A stretch of DNA of 64,000 nucleotides from an uncultured Clostridia bacterium (GCA_948442695.1 CAOJSF010000005.1:4168-68167), one strand, 5' to 3'. Shown: positions 45,095 through 55,035, numbered from the stretch's first letter. Made by a program: numbers and translations. Notes: generated from the sequence alone by a model not told the origin.

Positions 45095-46009
45095 TTAAAA
45101 TATCGGGTTATTAAATCCTGCACAAAGTTTGTTGTCATAAGTATATGTCAACTGACCAACAGTTGAAGGGCAAAGATTTCTTACATTTCTTGAATAAAAT
45201 TCAACCAAATTCCCTGATTCTGACAGATACATTCCATTTATACAATCACAAACAGCCATATTGCATAATTTTTTCACCACAACACCGCTTGCACTTAAAT
45301 TATTAAAAATCTCTTTATATTCAACGAAATGTTGTTTAGAAAAATCATTTAAAGGCATGAGTCCAACAAAACCCACCCTAAATACGCCCAACTGACCAGC
45401 CATATCAAGATATTTTTCAACTTCTGTTTTAGAGTCAATAAAATCTTTTATGAGAAGAGAATTAAGTCTTATCAGGTTTTTATCTTCAAGTTTTTCTAAA
45501 ACATTTTTAATCGTGCTTATATGCGCAGTCTTAAATCCAAATATTGAATCATTTATTTCATCTAAATAATGATGTCTTGAAATATGTATTCCATAAATTA
45601 GGTCAAGTTTGTCAAGCAAAAAAATCTTTTCAAGATTGATGCCATTTGTGTTTATTGTGACAATTTGACGTTCACCACACACCTCAAAAACGGCATTTAT
45701 CACCCTGTTTAACAATTCAACATCCAAAAGCGGTTCTCCGCCCGTTATTGCAATGCGATTTAGTAATTTTTTTGATTTTAGTTCTTTTAAAACAGATTTC
45801 AGTTTTTCTATATCAAAATTTTTATTTGATTTTGCTGTCTTCTTTTTTGTATTATTATTACAAAATGGGCAACTAGCAAGGCAGGCATCTGTTATTGAGA
45901 TATATAAATTATATCTTAAATTTTCACCCTGCTGATATTGCCCACTTTCATTGCAAATATTATCTTTAAAAGAGACTTTCTTTCCAAAAATTTCAACAAC
46001 ATTTGCCAC
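45095..46009 (-). CDS. radical SAM enzyme, candidate peptide/protein-modifying maturase
   Basis: ITDACLASCPFCNN (CxxxCxxC) and ITGGEPLL, with five additional C-terminal Cys (CNMAVCDC..C..C). GTG start 3 nt after the upstream stop, with its GAGGTG RBS inside the upstream gene's last codons. Confidence 0.75.
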   Translation of the reverse strand: MANVVEIFGKKVSFKDNICNESGQYQQGENLRYNLYISITDACLASCPFCNNNTKKKTAKSNKNFDIEKLKSVLKELKSKKLLNRIAITGGEPLLDVELLNRVINAVFEVCGERQIVTINTNGINLEKIFLLDKLDLIYGIHISRHHYLDEINDSIFGFKTAHISTIKNVLEKLEDKNLIRLNSLLIKDFIDSKTEVEKYLDMAGQLGVFRVGFVGLMPLNDFSKQHFVEYKEIFNNLSASGVVVKKLCNMAVCDCINGMYLSESGNLVEFYSRNVRNLCPSTVGQLTYTYDNKLCAGFNNPIF

Positions 46010-46012
46010 CGT

Positions 46013-46459
46013 TTAACACCTCGAATAAGAACTTCCGCAACTCGAACTGCTTGACATACAACTTGCCATAGGCCTTCCGCCTTCATAAGGAGTATGTTTT
46101 TTATTTTTGATATAATCCTTATTTTGCCACTCACGCAAATGTCTATCAAAATTTCTGTTGATAATGCCATCATTTAAAATACTTACACCTGAATAATTCT
46201 TATTTTGTTTGAAATTTAGATCGGTGCCCTCTTTCAATTTCTTATAGGCAGATGAAAAAGACATTTCTCCACCTTCAACTATTGCATTCAAATACTTCGC
46301 CTCAAGCAAAGATTTGAATGCATCATCGGCCTCCTTAAGTGCTTCAGTATAATTCAAATACAAAACAAAATCATGCAATTTATCATAAACCATTGCTTTA
46401 ATAGAATATCTTGCATTAACCATATCAATAAATTCAACAAACTCTTTTTCTTTTTCCAT
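46013..46459 (-). CDS. 148-aa protein with a C-terminal GG + Ser-rich C-x6-C-x6-C tail; candidate radical-SAM substrate/precursor
   Basis: AGGAG-6 nt-ATG. The helical ~126-aa body ends ..HTPYEGG-RPMASCMSSSSSCGSSYSRC-stop (verified from the DNA). Confidence 0.6.
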   Translation of the reverse strand: MEKEKEFVEFIDMVNARYSIKAMVYDKLHDFVLYLNYTEALKEADDAFKSLLEAKYLNAIVEGGEMSFSSAYKKLKEGTDLNFKQNKNYSGVSILNDGIINRNFDRHLREWQNKDYIKNKKHTPYEGGRPMASCMSSSSSCGSSYSRC

Positions 46460-46725
46460 GTTTATCTCCTTATTATCAATTATATCTAGTTTTCAATATA
46501 ATGTCAACTATTTTTAAGTAATTTTATTATATTGATATTATTAAAATGATTATATCTCATTTAAAAAGTTTAATATTAAAAATTTTATTAAAAAGTCGGC
46601 TTATAATGATTAAATTCAAATAATAAGATTAATCTTGAAATATTGTCAAAAAAGATATAAAAGAAAACACATTTCAATCTTATTATTCCTATTGACCTTA
46701 AAAAAAAGTCATTATTATAATGACT

Positions 46726-47442
46726 TTATCTATCTCGTGTGATTGCTAAAAGTAAGAAAAGCATTCTTAAAAAGTATGCAAGTGAAACCAACAGCGAAGC
46801 AACATAAGTCATCGCTGCCGCATTGAGAAGATTATCAACCCCTCTTTTTTCTTCATCACTTGTAAGCCCCATTTCCTGCAGAAGCACCTTTGCTCTTTTT
46901 GAAGCATTAAATTCAACAGGCAATGTGACAAGTGATGCGACAACAGAAATTGCATAAATGCCCACATAAACATAAATTAATATACTGCCTGCACTCATGA
47001 AGAAAACAAGATTCATTATCAGTCCTATTACAAGCATCGGCACTAAAAGAGAAGAAACAAAATTACTGGTCTTTATCACCGCTTGACGGACTTTAAGTGC
47101 TTTATATCCCTGCTTATCTTGAAGAGCATGACCAAACTCATGTGCAACTATCGCATGAGCGGCAAGAGATTTTGAATTGTAATTAGGTTGTGAAATATTA
47201 AGTGTTTTTGTTGCTGAATTGTAGTGGTCACTCAGCGTCCCTCTGCAAGAGCCTATTGTTATATTCAATCCATGCTCTTGCGCAAGCCTCTCGGCAAGTT
47301 CTGCACCTGTAATATCTAAAGATGAAGGAATATTTTTATATTTATTAAATGCACTTGTCACCTTTCCTTGAGCCGACAATGCAATAATGATTGCAATAAG
47401 AATTGCAAATCCGCAAACTATATATCCTATATAAAATTCCAT
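46726..47442 (-). CDS. membrane zinc metallopeptidase, YugP-like (Zn_peptidase_2 type)
   Basis: N-terminal TM, HEFGHALQD (HExxH) and C-terminal TM helices. Confidence 0.75.
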   Translation of the reverse strand: MEFYIGYIVCGFAILIAIIIALSAQGKVTSAFNKYKNIPSSLDITGAELAERLAQEHGLNITIGSCRGTLSDHYNSATKTLNISQPNYNSKSLAAHAIVAHEFGHALQDKQGYKALKVRQAVIKTSNFVSSLLVPMLVIGLIMNLVFFMSAGSILIYVYVGIYAISVVASLVTLPVEFNASKRAKVLLQEMGLTSDEEKRGVDNLLNAAAMTYVASLLVSLAYFLRMLFLLLAITRDR

Positions 47443-47451
47443 TGCAACCTC

Positions 47452-48162
47452 CTAATTGAATAGTTTTCCTTTTTTTGAAACTCCTGTCCAGAATAAAATA
47501 ATCTTCAAAAATTCTGCCCAGTAGGTAAGTCTAGCATCATTTAAAAATTTCTTGCAAATTTTCAGTTGATTTTCATTAAAAATTTCTGCCAAAAATTTCA
47601 TTGCATTATTTGACGCATCCTTTTCAATTGATATTGTCATAACTTTGACAACAAGAGCGAGAATAAAGATGAAAACTCCTAAAGCAATAAGTGAACAGCC
47701 TATTATGAATAAAGTTTTTCCAAAAAACAACAAAATCAACCCTGCAAGAAGACTGGGCATCATAAGACATCCCAAAACTCTTCCCAGTCTTCTAAGTCTA
47801 TTTAGTTTTTTTAGTTTGTTTCCGCTGGCATCTTGAAGAGCATGACCCAGTTCATGTGCAATTATCGAATATGAGGCTAGGCTAGGCTTATGAATTGTAT
47901 CTGTTGACAAAAAGAGTTTGCGTTTGCTATAAGCATCACCTGCCACCCTTGAAATCGGAATAATTTCAATCGGCACCTTGATAAATTTGCCGGCAACAAA
48001 ATCTACAAAATCCACAGGCGAAATTTTTGTATTCGCCTCAATATTGTTCATTTCTTCATATTTCTGCATAAATCTATCGCCTGAATAATTTGCAACAGCA
48101 AGCAAGAAGCATAAAAGTAGCAAAATGGCAATTACGCCGATAATTATAAACCATGTACTCAT
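47452..48162 (-). CDS. membrane zinc metallopeptidase, YugP-like (tandem paralogue)
   Basis: Same architecture; HELGHALQD. Confidence 0.75.
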   Translation of the reverse strand: MSTWFIIIGVIAILLLLCFLLAVANYSGDRFMQKYEEMNNIEANTKISPVDFVDFVAGKFIKVPIEIIPISRVAGDAYSKRKLFLSTDTIHKPSLASYSIIAHELGHALQDASGNKLKKLNRLRRLGRVLGCLMMPSLLAGLILLFFGKTLFIIGCSLIALGVFIFILALVVKVMTISIEKDASNNAMKFLAEIFNENQLKICKKFLNDARLTYWAEFLKIILFWTGVSKKGKLFN

Positions 48163-48406
48163 ATTTATATTTTATATCATTTCTCACTTTTATGCAAACG
48201 ATTATGACCGAATTCAACAAATTTTAACTTTCTATCAGATATCAGCCTAATCTTTCACTTATTTTTTATTGACATTGATTTCAAAATCTTTCTTTATATT
48301 TTTATAAGATTAATAATATTTTTTGTGATTTTTCATTGATTTAACCTTGATTTTTGTGATTTTGGATTGATTTTCTATTAAATTTTTAAATTTTTAGATA
48401 AATGTT

Positions 48407-50287
48407 TTAATTAGTTATTAATAGTATAGTAGAACCTTTTACAATTTGAGTCCCAAAAGGAGGCAACTGTTTTTCTATATACTCGCCCTCACCATCAAGT
48501 TCAAACTCAAGTCCGATTTCTTTTAGTATCAATGCACAATCTGTCAAACTTTTTCCGACTACATCTGGCATTTCCACATACTGAGTCACCACACTTTCAT
48601 CCTGTTTCTCTTCACCTAAATAATCAAATATGTTTGTAAAAATTTCTTTTCCATAAGGTGCTGCAACAATGCTTCCATAATATGCACCATTGCTAGGCTC
48701 ATCAACCATAATAAAAACGATATATTCAGGATTATCAGCCGGATAGGTGCCGACGAAACTGGAAATATACTTTCCGGTATCAATTCCGCCAGTCTCTTTA
48801 TACTTTTGGGCAGTTCCTGTCTTTCCGCCTACATTATACCCTTCAACAAAGGTATATTTGCCTGTTTTATTTTCTGCAAATTCAAGCAGTCCATTGACAA
48901 GAGACGCTGTTTTTGGACTTATAATATTTTCTTTGACCCTACCTTTTAATGTCGGCGAGCCTCCCATAACTAAGTGCGGACTATTGAAAGTCCCACCATT
49001 GACAATAGAACCTACCGCACTTAAAAGTTGCATAGGAGTAAGGGCAATCGCATGACCAAAACCCATACGAGCAAGGTCAACATTTTTGACAAGTTTTTTC
49101 GCCATCAACATTCCACCTGCCTCACCCGTGACATCAAGTCCAGTTTTTTGACCTAAGCCAAATTTTGACATATAACTATAAAATTTATCGACACCCAACC
49201 TCAGTGCCAAATCCATAAAACAACAGTTGCAAGAATTTGCAAATGCTTCAGTGAGGTTTTGACTTCCATGACCGATAGTCTTCCAACACTTAATTCTTAT
49301 TCCGTCTATTATACGAAAACCTGGGCAATAGAATCTATCTTCAAGAGAGGTCAAACCCTCTTCAAGTGCGGCAGCAACTGTCAAAATTTTGAAAGTTGAG
49401 CCAGGCTCATAGATGTCAGTCGCTGGCTTAACCTTACTATAAGCAAAAAGATTTTCAAGGTCATCACGAGGGACCTCGTTTAAGTCAAAACTAGGCTTTG
49501 ATGACATTGATAAAACTTCGCCATTTTTAGCATTTAATATCATCCCTGTCACACTTTTCGCCTTTTGTTCTATCATGATTTTTTCAAGTGTCTGCTCTAC
49601 TATAAGTTGCATCTTGCTGTCTATAGTCAGGTTTAAATCCTCTCCTCTTTTTGCACCAACATAATATCGAAGCGATCCACCGATTTCCTTACCCTGAAGA
49701 TCACTTTGCACATATGAAAAACCATCTTTACCCTTTAACAAATCATTATAAAATGCCTCAATTCCCGTTTGCCCCACATTGTCAATACTGATAAATCCCA
49801 AAACTTGCGTCAACAGATTGCCATATGTGTAATATCTATTTGAGTTTTCTGCCAAATAAACACCAGGAAGATTTAGCCTATAAATTTCTTCAGCGGTTTC
49901 ACCCTCAATTTGCTTTTTAATCAAAACTTCACTTGCATTTTGTTTGCCGATTTTTGTGTAAATGGTTTCAAAAGAGATATCCAGAATTTCTGAAAGATGA
50001 ATGGCTGTTGCCGATTTGTCTTTGACCTCTCTTGCCCTGACATAAACATTGTAAGTTGTATAACTCACTGCAAGTGCCGAACCAGTCCTATCATAAATCG
50101 TGCCTCGTGGCGCAACTATTGCAAGGTCTCTTGTCCACTGGTCTGTCGCTTTTGCCTGCAACTCTTTTCCGTTTATAATCTGCAAAACAAAGAGTCTGAC
50201 AACCAGCGAACAAAAAATAAAGGATATCACCAGTAAAACTGCTAATATCCTCTTTTTTAATGAAAATAATGTAAAGGCTTTATTCAA
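48407..50287 (-). CDS. class B penicillin-binding protein (FtsI/PBP2B type) with a C-terminal PASTA domain
   Basis: N-terminal TM; STFK, SCN and KTGT motifs; C-terminal ~60-aa PASTA-like segment (MPDVVGKSLTDCALILKEIGLEF..). Confidence 0.9.
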   Translation of the reverse strand: MNKAFTLFSLKKRILAVLLVISFIFCSLVVRLFVLQIINGKELQAKATDQWTRDLAIVAPRGTIYDRTGSALAVSYTTYNVYVRAREVKDKSATAIHLSEILDISFETIYTKIGKQNASEVLIKKQIEGETAEEIYRLNLPGVYLAENSNRYYTYGNLLTQVLGFISIDNVGQTGIEAFYNDLLKGKDGFSYVQSDLQGKEIGGSLRYYVGAKRGEDLNLTIDSKMQLIVEQTLEKIMIEQKAKSVTGMILNAKNGEVLSMSSKPSFDLNEVPRDDLENLFAYSKVKPATDIYEPGSTFKILTVAAALEEGLTSLEDRFYCPGFRIIDGIRIKCWKTIGHGSQNLTEAFANSCNCCFMDLALRLGVDKFYSYMSKFGLGQKTGLDVTGEAGGMLMAKKLVKNVDLARMGFGHAIALTPMQLLSAVGSIVNGGTFNSPHLVMGGSPTLKGRVKENIISPKTASLVNGLLEFAENKTGKYTFVEGYNVGGKTGTAQKYKETGGIDTGKYISSFVGTYPADNPEYIVFIMVDEPSNGAYYGSIVAAPYGKEIFTNIFDYLGEEKQDESVVTQYVEMPDVVGKSLTDCALILKEIGLEFELDGEGEYIEKQLPPFGTQIVKGSTILLITN

Positions 50288-50290
50288 AAG

Positions 50291-50947
50291 TCAACCTCCA
50301 AATAAGCCTCCTATGAAATTGCAAAACCTGTCAAACCAGTTGGATTTTGCGTCAATTTGAGTTGGTGGGACACTCTCGTCAGGAATGGTCTCAAAAAGAT
50401 TTTTCATGTTTTCAGAGTTTGTCATATCAAGCATATACAAATTTTTTAGATAATTGACTAAATTAATTTGATATTGCGATGAAACCTGAGTGATTTGACT
50501 TGAAACATTGTCAATCGTTGCAACATTGACCGTCCCCCAAATGGTAAAAAAAGCAAATAAAATTGATATTAAGATGATTTTAAATTTGCTAGGGTTTGAC
50601 TTTTTGGTGCTTTCAACATTTTTAAACACAAAAATCTTTTTTCGTTCTGCTTCGGTAAGCGTGTCCATAGTGTCATAGTTTGGCTTTTCGACAACTTCAC
50701 AAACCTTGCTTTCAATCCGACTGATTTCTTTGTCTTCTTCCTCGTCGATATACTTTTTTTTCAATCTTTCAACTTGAGAGACTGGAAAACTTGCGGAGGA
50801 GAATATATTAATCGACTCTTCTTTTTGAGTGCTTTTTTCAGGCAAAGATTTTTCAGACAAAATCTCTTTTTCTGGTGCCTGCTTTTCAGTTTTGGTTTCA
50901 ACCTTTTCTTCGGTCAAAACTTCTTTAAGCAAAGTTCTGTCACTCAT
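50291..50947 (-). CDS. bitopic membrane protein in the ftsL position of the dcw cluster
   Basis: An acidic 120-aa cytoplasmic N-terminus, one TM (FKIILISILFAFFTIWGTV) and a ~75-aa external domain. The assignment is by position only. Confidence 0.45.
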   Translation of the reverse strand: MSDRTLLKEVLTEEKVETKTEKQAPEKEILSEKSLPEKSTQKEESINIFSSASFPVSQVERLKKKYIDEEEDKEISRIESKVCEVVEKPNYDTMDTLTEAERKKIFVFKNVESTKKSNPSKFKIILISILFAFFTIWGTVNVATIDNVSSQITQVSSQYQINLVNYLKNLYMLDMTNSENMKNLFETIPDESVPPTQIDAKSNWFDRFCNFIGGLFGG

Positions 50948-51169
50948 AATATATTCACCTCCTTTCTAATGTATACCTTTTATTATCTAAAATTTAGATT
51001 ATCAAATATCCTCTTTTTAGACAGCATTTTTCATTTGATTTTACAATAAACTATATTTAAAATTTTCTTATAATCTTTTCATTAAATAATAAAAATTTGA
51101 GATAATTTCTTGAAAATGCCTTAAATTTAAGCAGATTTTTCTAAATTTTTACGTTTTTTCTTGAAATTA

Positions 51170-52105
51170 TCATAATTTTTCAATAATTCTAAGTTTCGCA
51201 CTGCTACTTCTAGAATTTAATTCAAGTTCTTTTTCACCGGCTGTAATCGGCTTATTATTTACAAGTTTTACTTCTTTCCTATGCCCACATATGCAGACAG
51301 GAATTTTTGGCGGACAGACACAATCTGTCGCAAATTCTCTGAATACATTTTTGACAATTCTGTCCTCAAGACTATGGAAAGTTATCACCGCCATTCTTCC
51401 GCCTTTTTTCAGAATTGAGACTGATTCACGCAAGAATTTATCAAGATTTTCAAGTTCTCCATTGACCTCAATTCTAATAGCCTGAAAGGTCTTTTTGGAC
51501 ACCCCGCCTTTGCCGAATATCACCTTTTTGGGAAAAGAACTTTCAATGATATCTTTAAGTTCTCGGGTCGTCTCAATCGGCTTAATAAGGCGTCTAGCAC
51601 ATATATTTTCAATAATACGCTTAGCATTGTTTTCTTCGCCATATTGATATAAAATTTTAAGCAATTTTTCTTTTGGGTATTTGTTTACAACATAATAAGC
51701 ATCAAGGTCTTGAGATGTGTCCATTCTCATGTCAAGTCTGCCATCATGAAGAATACTGAAGCCCCTATCCCCATTGTCTATTTGATAAGAACTCACTCCC
51801 AGATCAACAAGAATTCCATCAATTTCACCGCTCAATCCCATTTCTTGCAGAATCTGTGGTGCTTGTTTGAAATTTGAATGATACACTTGCACATTTGTCA
51901 ATTTATTAAATCGTTTCTTGCAGACACTCACAGCATCAATATCTCTATCAAATCCTATCAACCTACCCTTTTCAGAGAGATTTGAGGCAATCACACTTGA
52001 GTGACCGCCTCCTCCCATTGTGCAATCAACATAGATTCCATTTTTCTTTATATCCAGCCCTTCAATGACTTCATCAAGCAGAACTGGGATGTGTTTAAAT
52101 TCCAT
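51170..52105 (-). CDS. rsmH: 16S rRNA (cytosine1402-N4)-methyltransferase
   Basis: HIPVLLDEV, DCTMGGGGHS, DLGVSSYQ and FHSLEDR motifs. Confidence 0.9.
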   Translation of the reverse strand: MEFKHIPVLLDEVIEGLDIKKNGIYVDCTMGGGGHSSVIASNLSEKGRLIGFDRDIDAVSVCKKRFNKLTNVQVYHSNFKQAPQILQEMGLSGEIDGILVDLGVSSYQIDNGDRGFSILHDGRLDMRMDTSQDLDAYYVVNKYPKEKLLKILYQYGEENNAKRIIENICARRLIKPIETTRELKDIIESSFPKKVIFGKGGVSKKTFQAIRIEVNGELENLDKFLRESVSILKKGGRMAVITFHSLEDRIVKNVFREFATDCVCPPKIPVCICGHRKEVKLVNNKPITAGEKELELNSRSSSAKLRIIEKL

Positions 52106-52118
52106 TTTTATCCTTTAC

Positions 52119-54674
52119 TTAAGCATTATTTTGTGAAAGCAAGTCGTCAATCATAGAAACAAGTTTATCAAAGTCAATATTGAGTAAAGTCTCAATATTC
52201 AAGTTTTCTACGCCCAACTCTTTAAGAAGTTCTTGATTATTTGCAATAACATTGATTACTTCATTATAAACTTCATTGAAACTTTCAACTAAAACTTCAT
52301 AAGCCCCTTTGAAGATTCCTTCTTCAGTTTTGTCAGAAAGAGTTGTTCTATAAGCATTCAATTTCATTGTTTCTAAAATTTGTGAAAGTGCTGTTCTGTC
52401 AATATTTTTAAGTCCGCCATCTAAGTTTTTATTTATTGCCACAAATTTCTTGAGTATATTGCAAATTTCTTGAGTCTGACTTTCTGCTCCAGCAAAACTT
52501 ACACCTTCTGCAGATATTATAATTTCTTTTCCAGCAAGAGTTGAAAGTTGAGTTGACAGAATTTCAAAAATATTGTCTTTTAAAACTTTTGTAGATTTAG
52601 CACTTAAAAGTGGATTAAATACATTATCAATGTCGTTTTCTTCAATATTATTGATTATTTCTTCAATATTGCCTTCAAGAGCGAGAGTCAAGAAAGATTT
52701 GTTTTCAATTTTGCCACTGTTTAAAGCAACAAGAATGTCTGAAATATAACTTAAATCACTCTTCCATTCATTATAATTGTTTAAAAGATTTAAATCAATT
52801 ACATTTCCATTTAATACTTCAGTGATTTTTTCAATCACAAGTTTGTTTGTAAATTCAACCTGATAAAGTGGAAGAATTATATCGCTTAAAAGATTTTTCT
52901 TTCCTTCTGTTGAAATAAGATTTGCAAGAGTGCTGATTTTTTCTTCATTTGACAATTTTTCATCAACAACTATATCAAAAATTCCCTCATTTCTTACTGT
53001 TTCAACTGATTGAACAACAAATTCAAGCATCTTTTTATAGGTCTTTATTTCAATTTTATTTCCGTCATTATCTAAAACAGACTCTGTTGGCAATGAAAGA
53101 TTTTGTTTTGCAAGGAATTTATCAACGATAGGTTTATTGTCCTTTGTTTGAAGAAGTTTGTTTGCTCTGACTTCATCAACAATGTCACCTATTTTTGACA
53201 TAATTAAATTGAGATTGTAATTTTTTTCTTTATCAAGAAGTATTGTAGGGTCATCAATAACCTCGCCGAGGTCAATTTCATTTAAGATTATGCCCATATC
53301 TTTTACAATGTTTGTAAGTGATTTTGAAATTTCTTTCCAACCATTTTCACTGATATCAGAGCCATCAACACCTATTTTATCAAGTTCGACAGACACTTTA
53401 TCAATCACTCTTTGCATCACACTTGAAATGCTGTCTTTGATTATATTTAATTTAAATATATTGTTTATTCCTTCTTCAAGCACAACTATATTTTTGTCAT
53501 TTGTGAGAAGATTTGCGATTGTCTTTTCATTTTTTTCATCAAGTGCAATAATTTCATTAATAATTCCACTTTTTCCGATTGTTTTTACAGTCTTAAATGC
53601 ATTCAGCATATCATTTCTGAAATAAGTGCTGGCATTTTCCATTTCGCTTAAACGCCCACCAACTTTAATAAGTATATCTTTATATTCAAAGTCTGCACCT
53701 AAGAAAGAATATTTTTCGTAATTTATTATAAGGTCTGAAAGTGATTGAGAGACAACATATTTAAACAAGCCTGAATCTGTAAGTTCGTCAACAGACTTAA
53801 TCACTTTATCATAATTTATCTTTGCAAAATCAACATTATTTAAATCATGTTTGCCCATTTGATAGCCAAAGTCGGCAATCTGATAGACATTTTCAATTTC
53901 CTTCCTAATCTTGACTCTTCCACCATCAACCTTTGTGCTTGCATAATAGTCAAACATTGCATTGTCAAGACCAAATATACTGCTACACTTTGTAAGGAAG
54001 TTGTTTTCAAGCCCTTTCACGATAATCACAGCCTGCTCTGGAATTTGGTCAATAATAAGAGAAGAAGATTTGTCTTTCTCAGAAGACTGCTCTTCATTTG
54101 CAACCGCTGTCGCCTCAACTGGCACAATATTAAAATCGTTTGCAGTAGTCATATTTTTTGCAAATCCGATAAGACCAGCAAGTGGCATAAAAGCAATAAT
54201 TGTGACAATAAATGCTTTCGCAACTCCCACAAGTCCTCCGAAAAGTCTTCCCCCTTTTGCACCCTTGAGGAATGTAAAATTGCATATTTTATAGATAATA
54301 TACATCACAATTTCTATTGCTATGGTCACCAAAATAAACATGATGACATTGCAAAGTGCACCTGGTAAGTTTGTTACAAGAATTTCAAGATTTTTATTTG
54401 CCGAAACCATCTGCCTTAAGTCACCTATTGACAAAAGCATTTCAAGAAGAATATTTTGAAGGGAAACTGGACTTCCTTCATACTCAACCTTAATTCCTAA
54501 AATTGCATTTGTGATAAGTGGAGTGACAAAGAAGGCAACTATCACGCCGACTACTGAAAAAATCAAATTGACAGATGAGCGTTTAAAACCACGCCAGAAG
54601 CCAACAAGGAAACCTCCTACCAAAATTATCACAAATAAAAGTGAAACACCTAAGCCTATTATTGTAGAACTCAT
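52119..54674 (-). CDS. 851-aa membrane protein: CvpA-like N-terminal TM module + ~650-aa helical extension
   Basis: The N-terminal ~190 aa has four or five TM helices in the CvpA pattern (..GFLVGFWRGFKRS..). The remainder is soluble, acidic and helical, with no recognisable motif. Confidence 0.55.
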   Translation of the reverse strand: MSSTIIGLGVSLLFVIILVGGFLVGFWRGFKRSSVNLIFSVVGVIVAFFVTPLITNAILGIKVEYEGSPVSLQNILLEMLLSIGDLRQMVSANKNLEILVTNLPGALCNVIMFILVTIAIEIVMYIIYKICNFTFLKGAKGGRLFGGLVGVAKAFIVTIIAFMPLAGLIGFAKNMTTANDFNIVPVEATAVANEEQSSEKDKSSSLIIDQIPEQAVIIVKGLENNFLTKCSSIFGLDNAMFDYYASTKVDGGRVKIRKEIENVYQIADFGYQMGKHDLNNVDFAKINYDKVIKSVDELTDSGLFKYVVSQSLSDLIINYEKYSFLGADFEYKDILIKVGGRLSEMENASTYFRNDMLNAFKTVKTIGKSGIINEIIALDEKNEKTIANLLTNDKNIVVLEEGINNIFKLNIIKDSISSVMQRVIDKVSVELDKIGVDGSDISENGWKEISKSLTNIVKDMGIILNEIDLGEVIDDPTILLDKEKNYNLNLIMSKIGDIVDEVRANKLLQTKDNKPIVDKFLAKQNLSLPTESVLDNDGNKIEIKTYKKMLEFVVQSVETVRNEGIFDIVVDEKLSNEEKISTLANLISTEGKKNLLSDIILPLYQVEFTNKLVIEKITEVLNGNVIDLNLLNNYNEWKSDLSYISDILVALNSGKIENKSFLTLALEGNIEEIINNIEENDIDNVFNPLLSAKSTKVLKDNIFEILSTQLSTLAGKEIIISAEGVSFAGAESQTQEICNILKKFVAINKNLDGGLKNIDRTALSQILETMKLNAYRTTLSDKTEEGIFKGAYEVLVESFNEVYNEVINVIANNQELLKELGVENLNIETLLNIDFDKLVSMIDDLLSQNNA

Positions 54675-55001
54675 ATTTTACTCCTTTTTATCTACTATAT
54701 TTTAGCATATTTAGTCACGGCAATCAATCTTTTTCTAAATATTTTTTATAAATATTTTTAGACAATTTTTATATAATTTAAACAAAACAATGCCAAAATG
54801 CTTGTATGTTTTTTTTACAAAATCAATTCAAGATTTTTTTTGCAACCTCTTTATTCGCTCCTGTCATGGATATGTTATATTTAAATAACGAAGGTCTTAT
54901 TTTTGAAAAATTTGTTGTCAAAATCTGTTGACTTTAATTTTAAAAAGATTTATCATATTCACAGACTAACACACAAAATGTGCTAATCTAAAATATGATA
55001 C

Positions 55002-55017
55002 ATACAATATATAGTGT
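55002..55017. promoter_or_regulatory. NrdR-box-like palindrome upstream of nrdD
   Basis: ATACAATATATAGTGT (core ACAATATATAGTGT, 12/14 self-complementary) fits the ACA..ATAT..TGT NrdR-box shape. A weaker ACACAAAATGTG lies at 54971-54982. Confidence 0.45.
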
Positions 55018-55035
55018 TTAAGAAAAGGAGATCTT

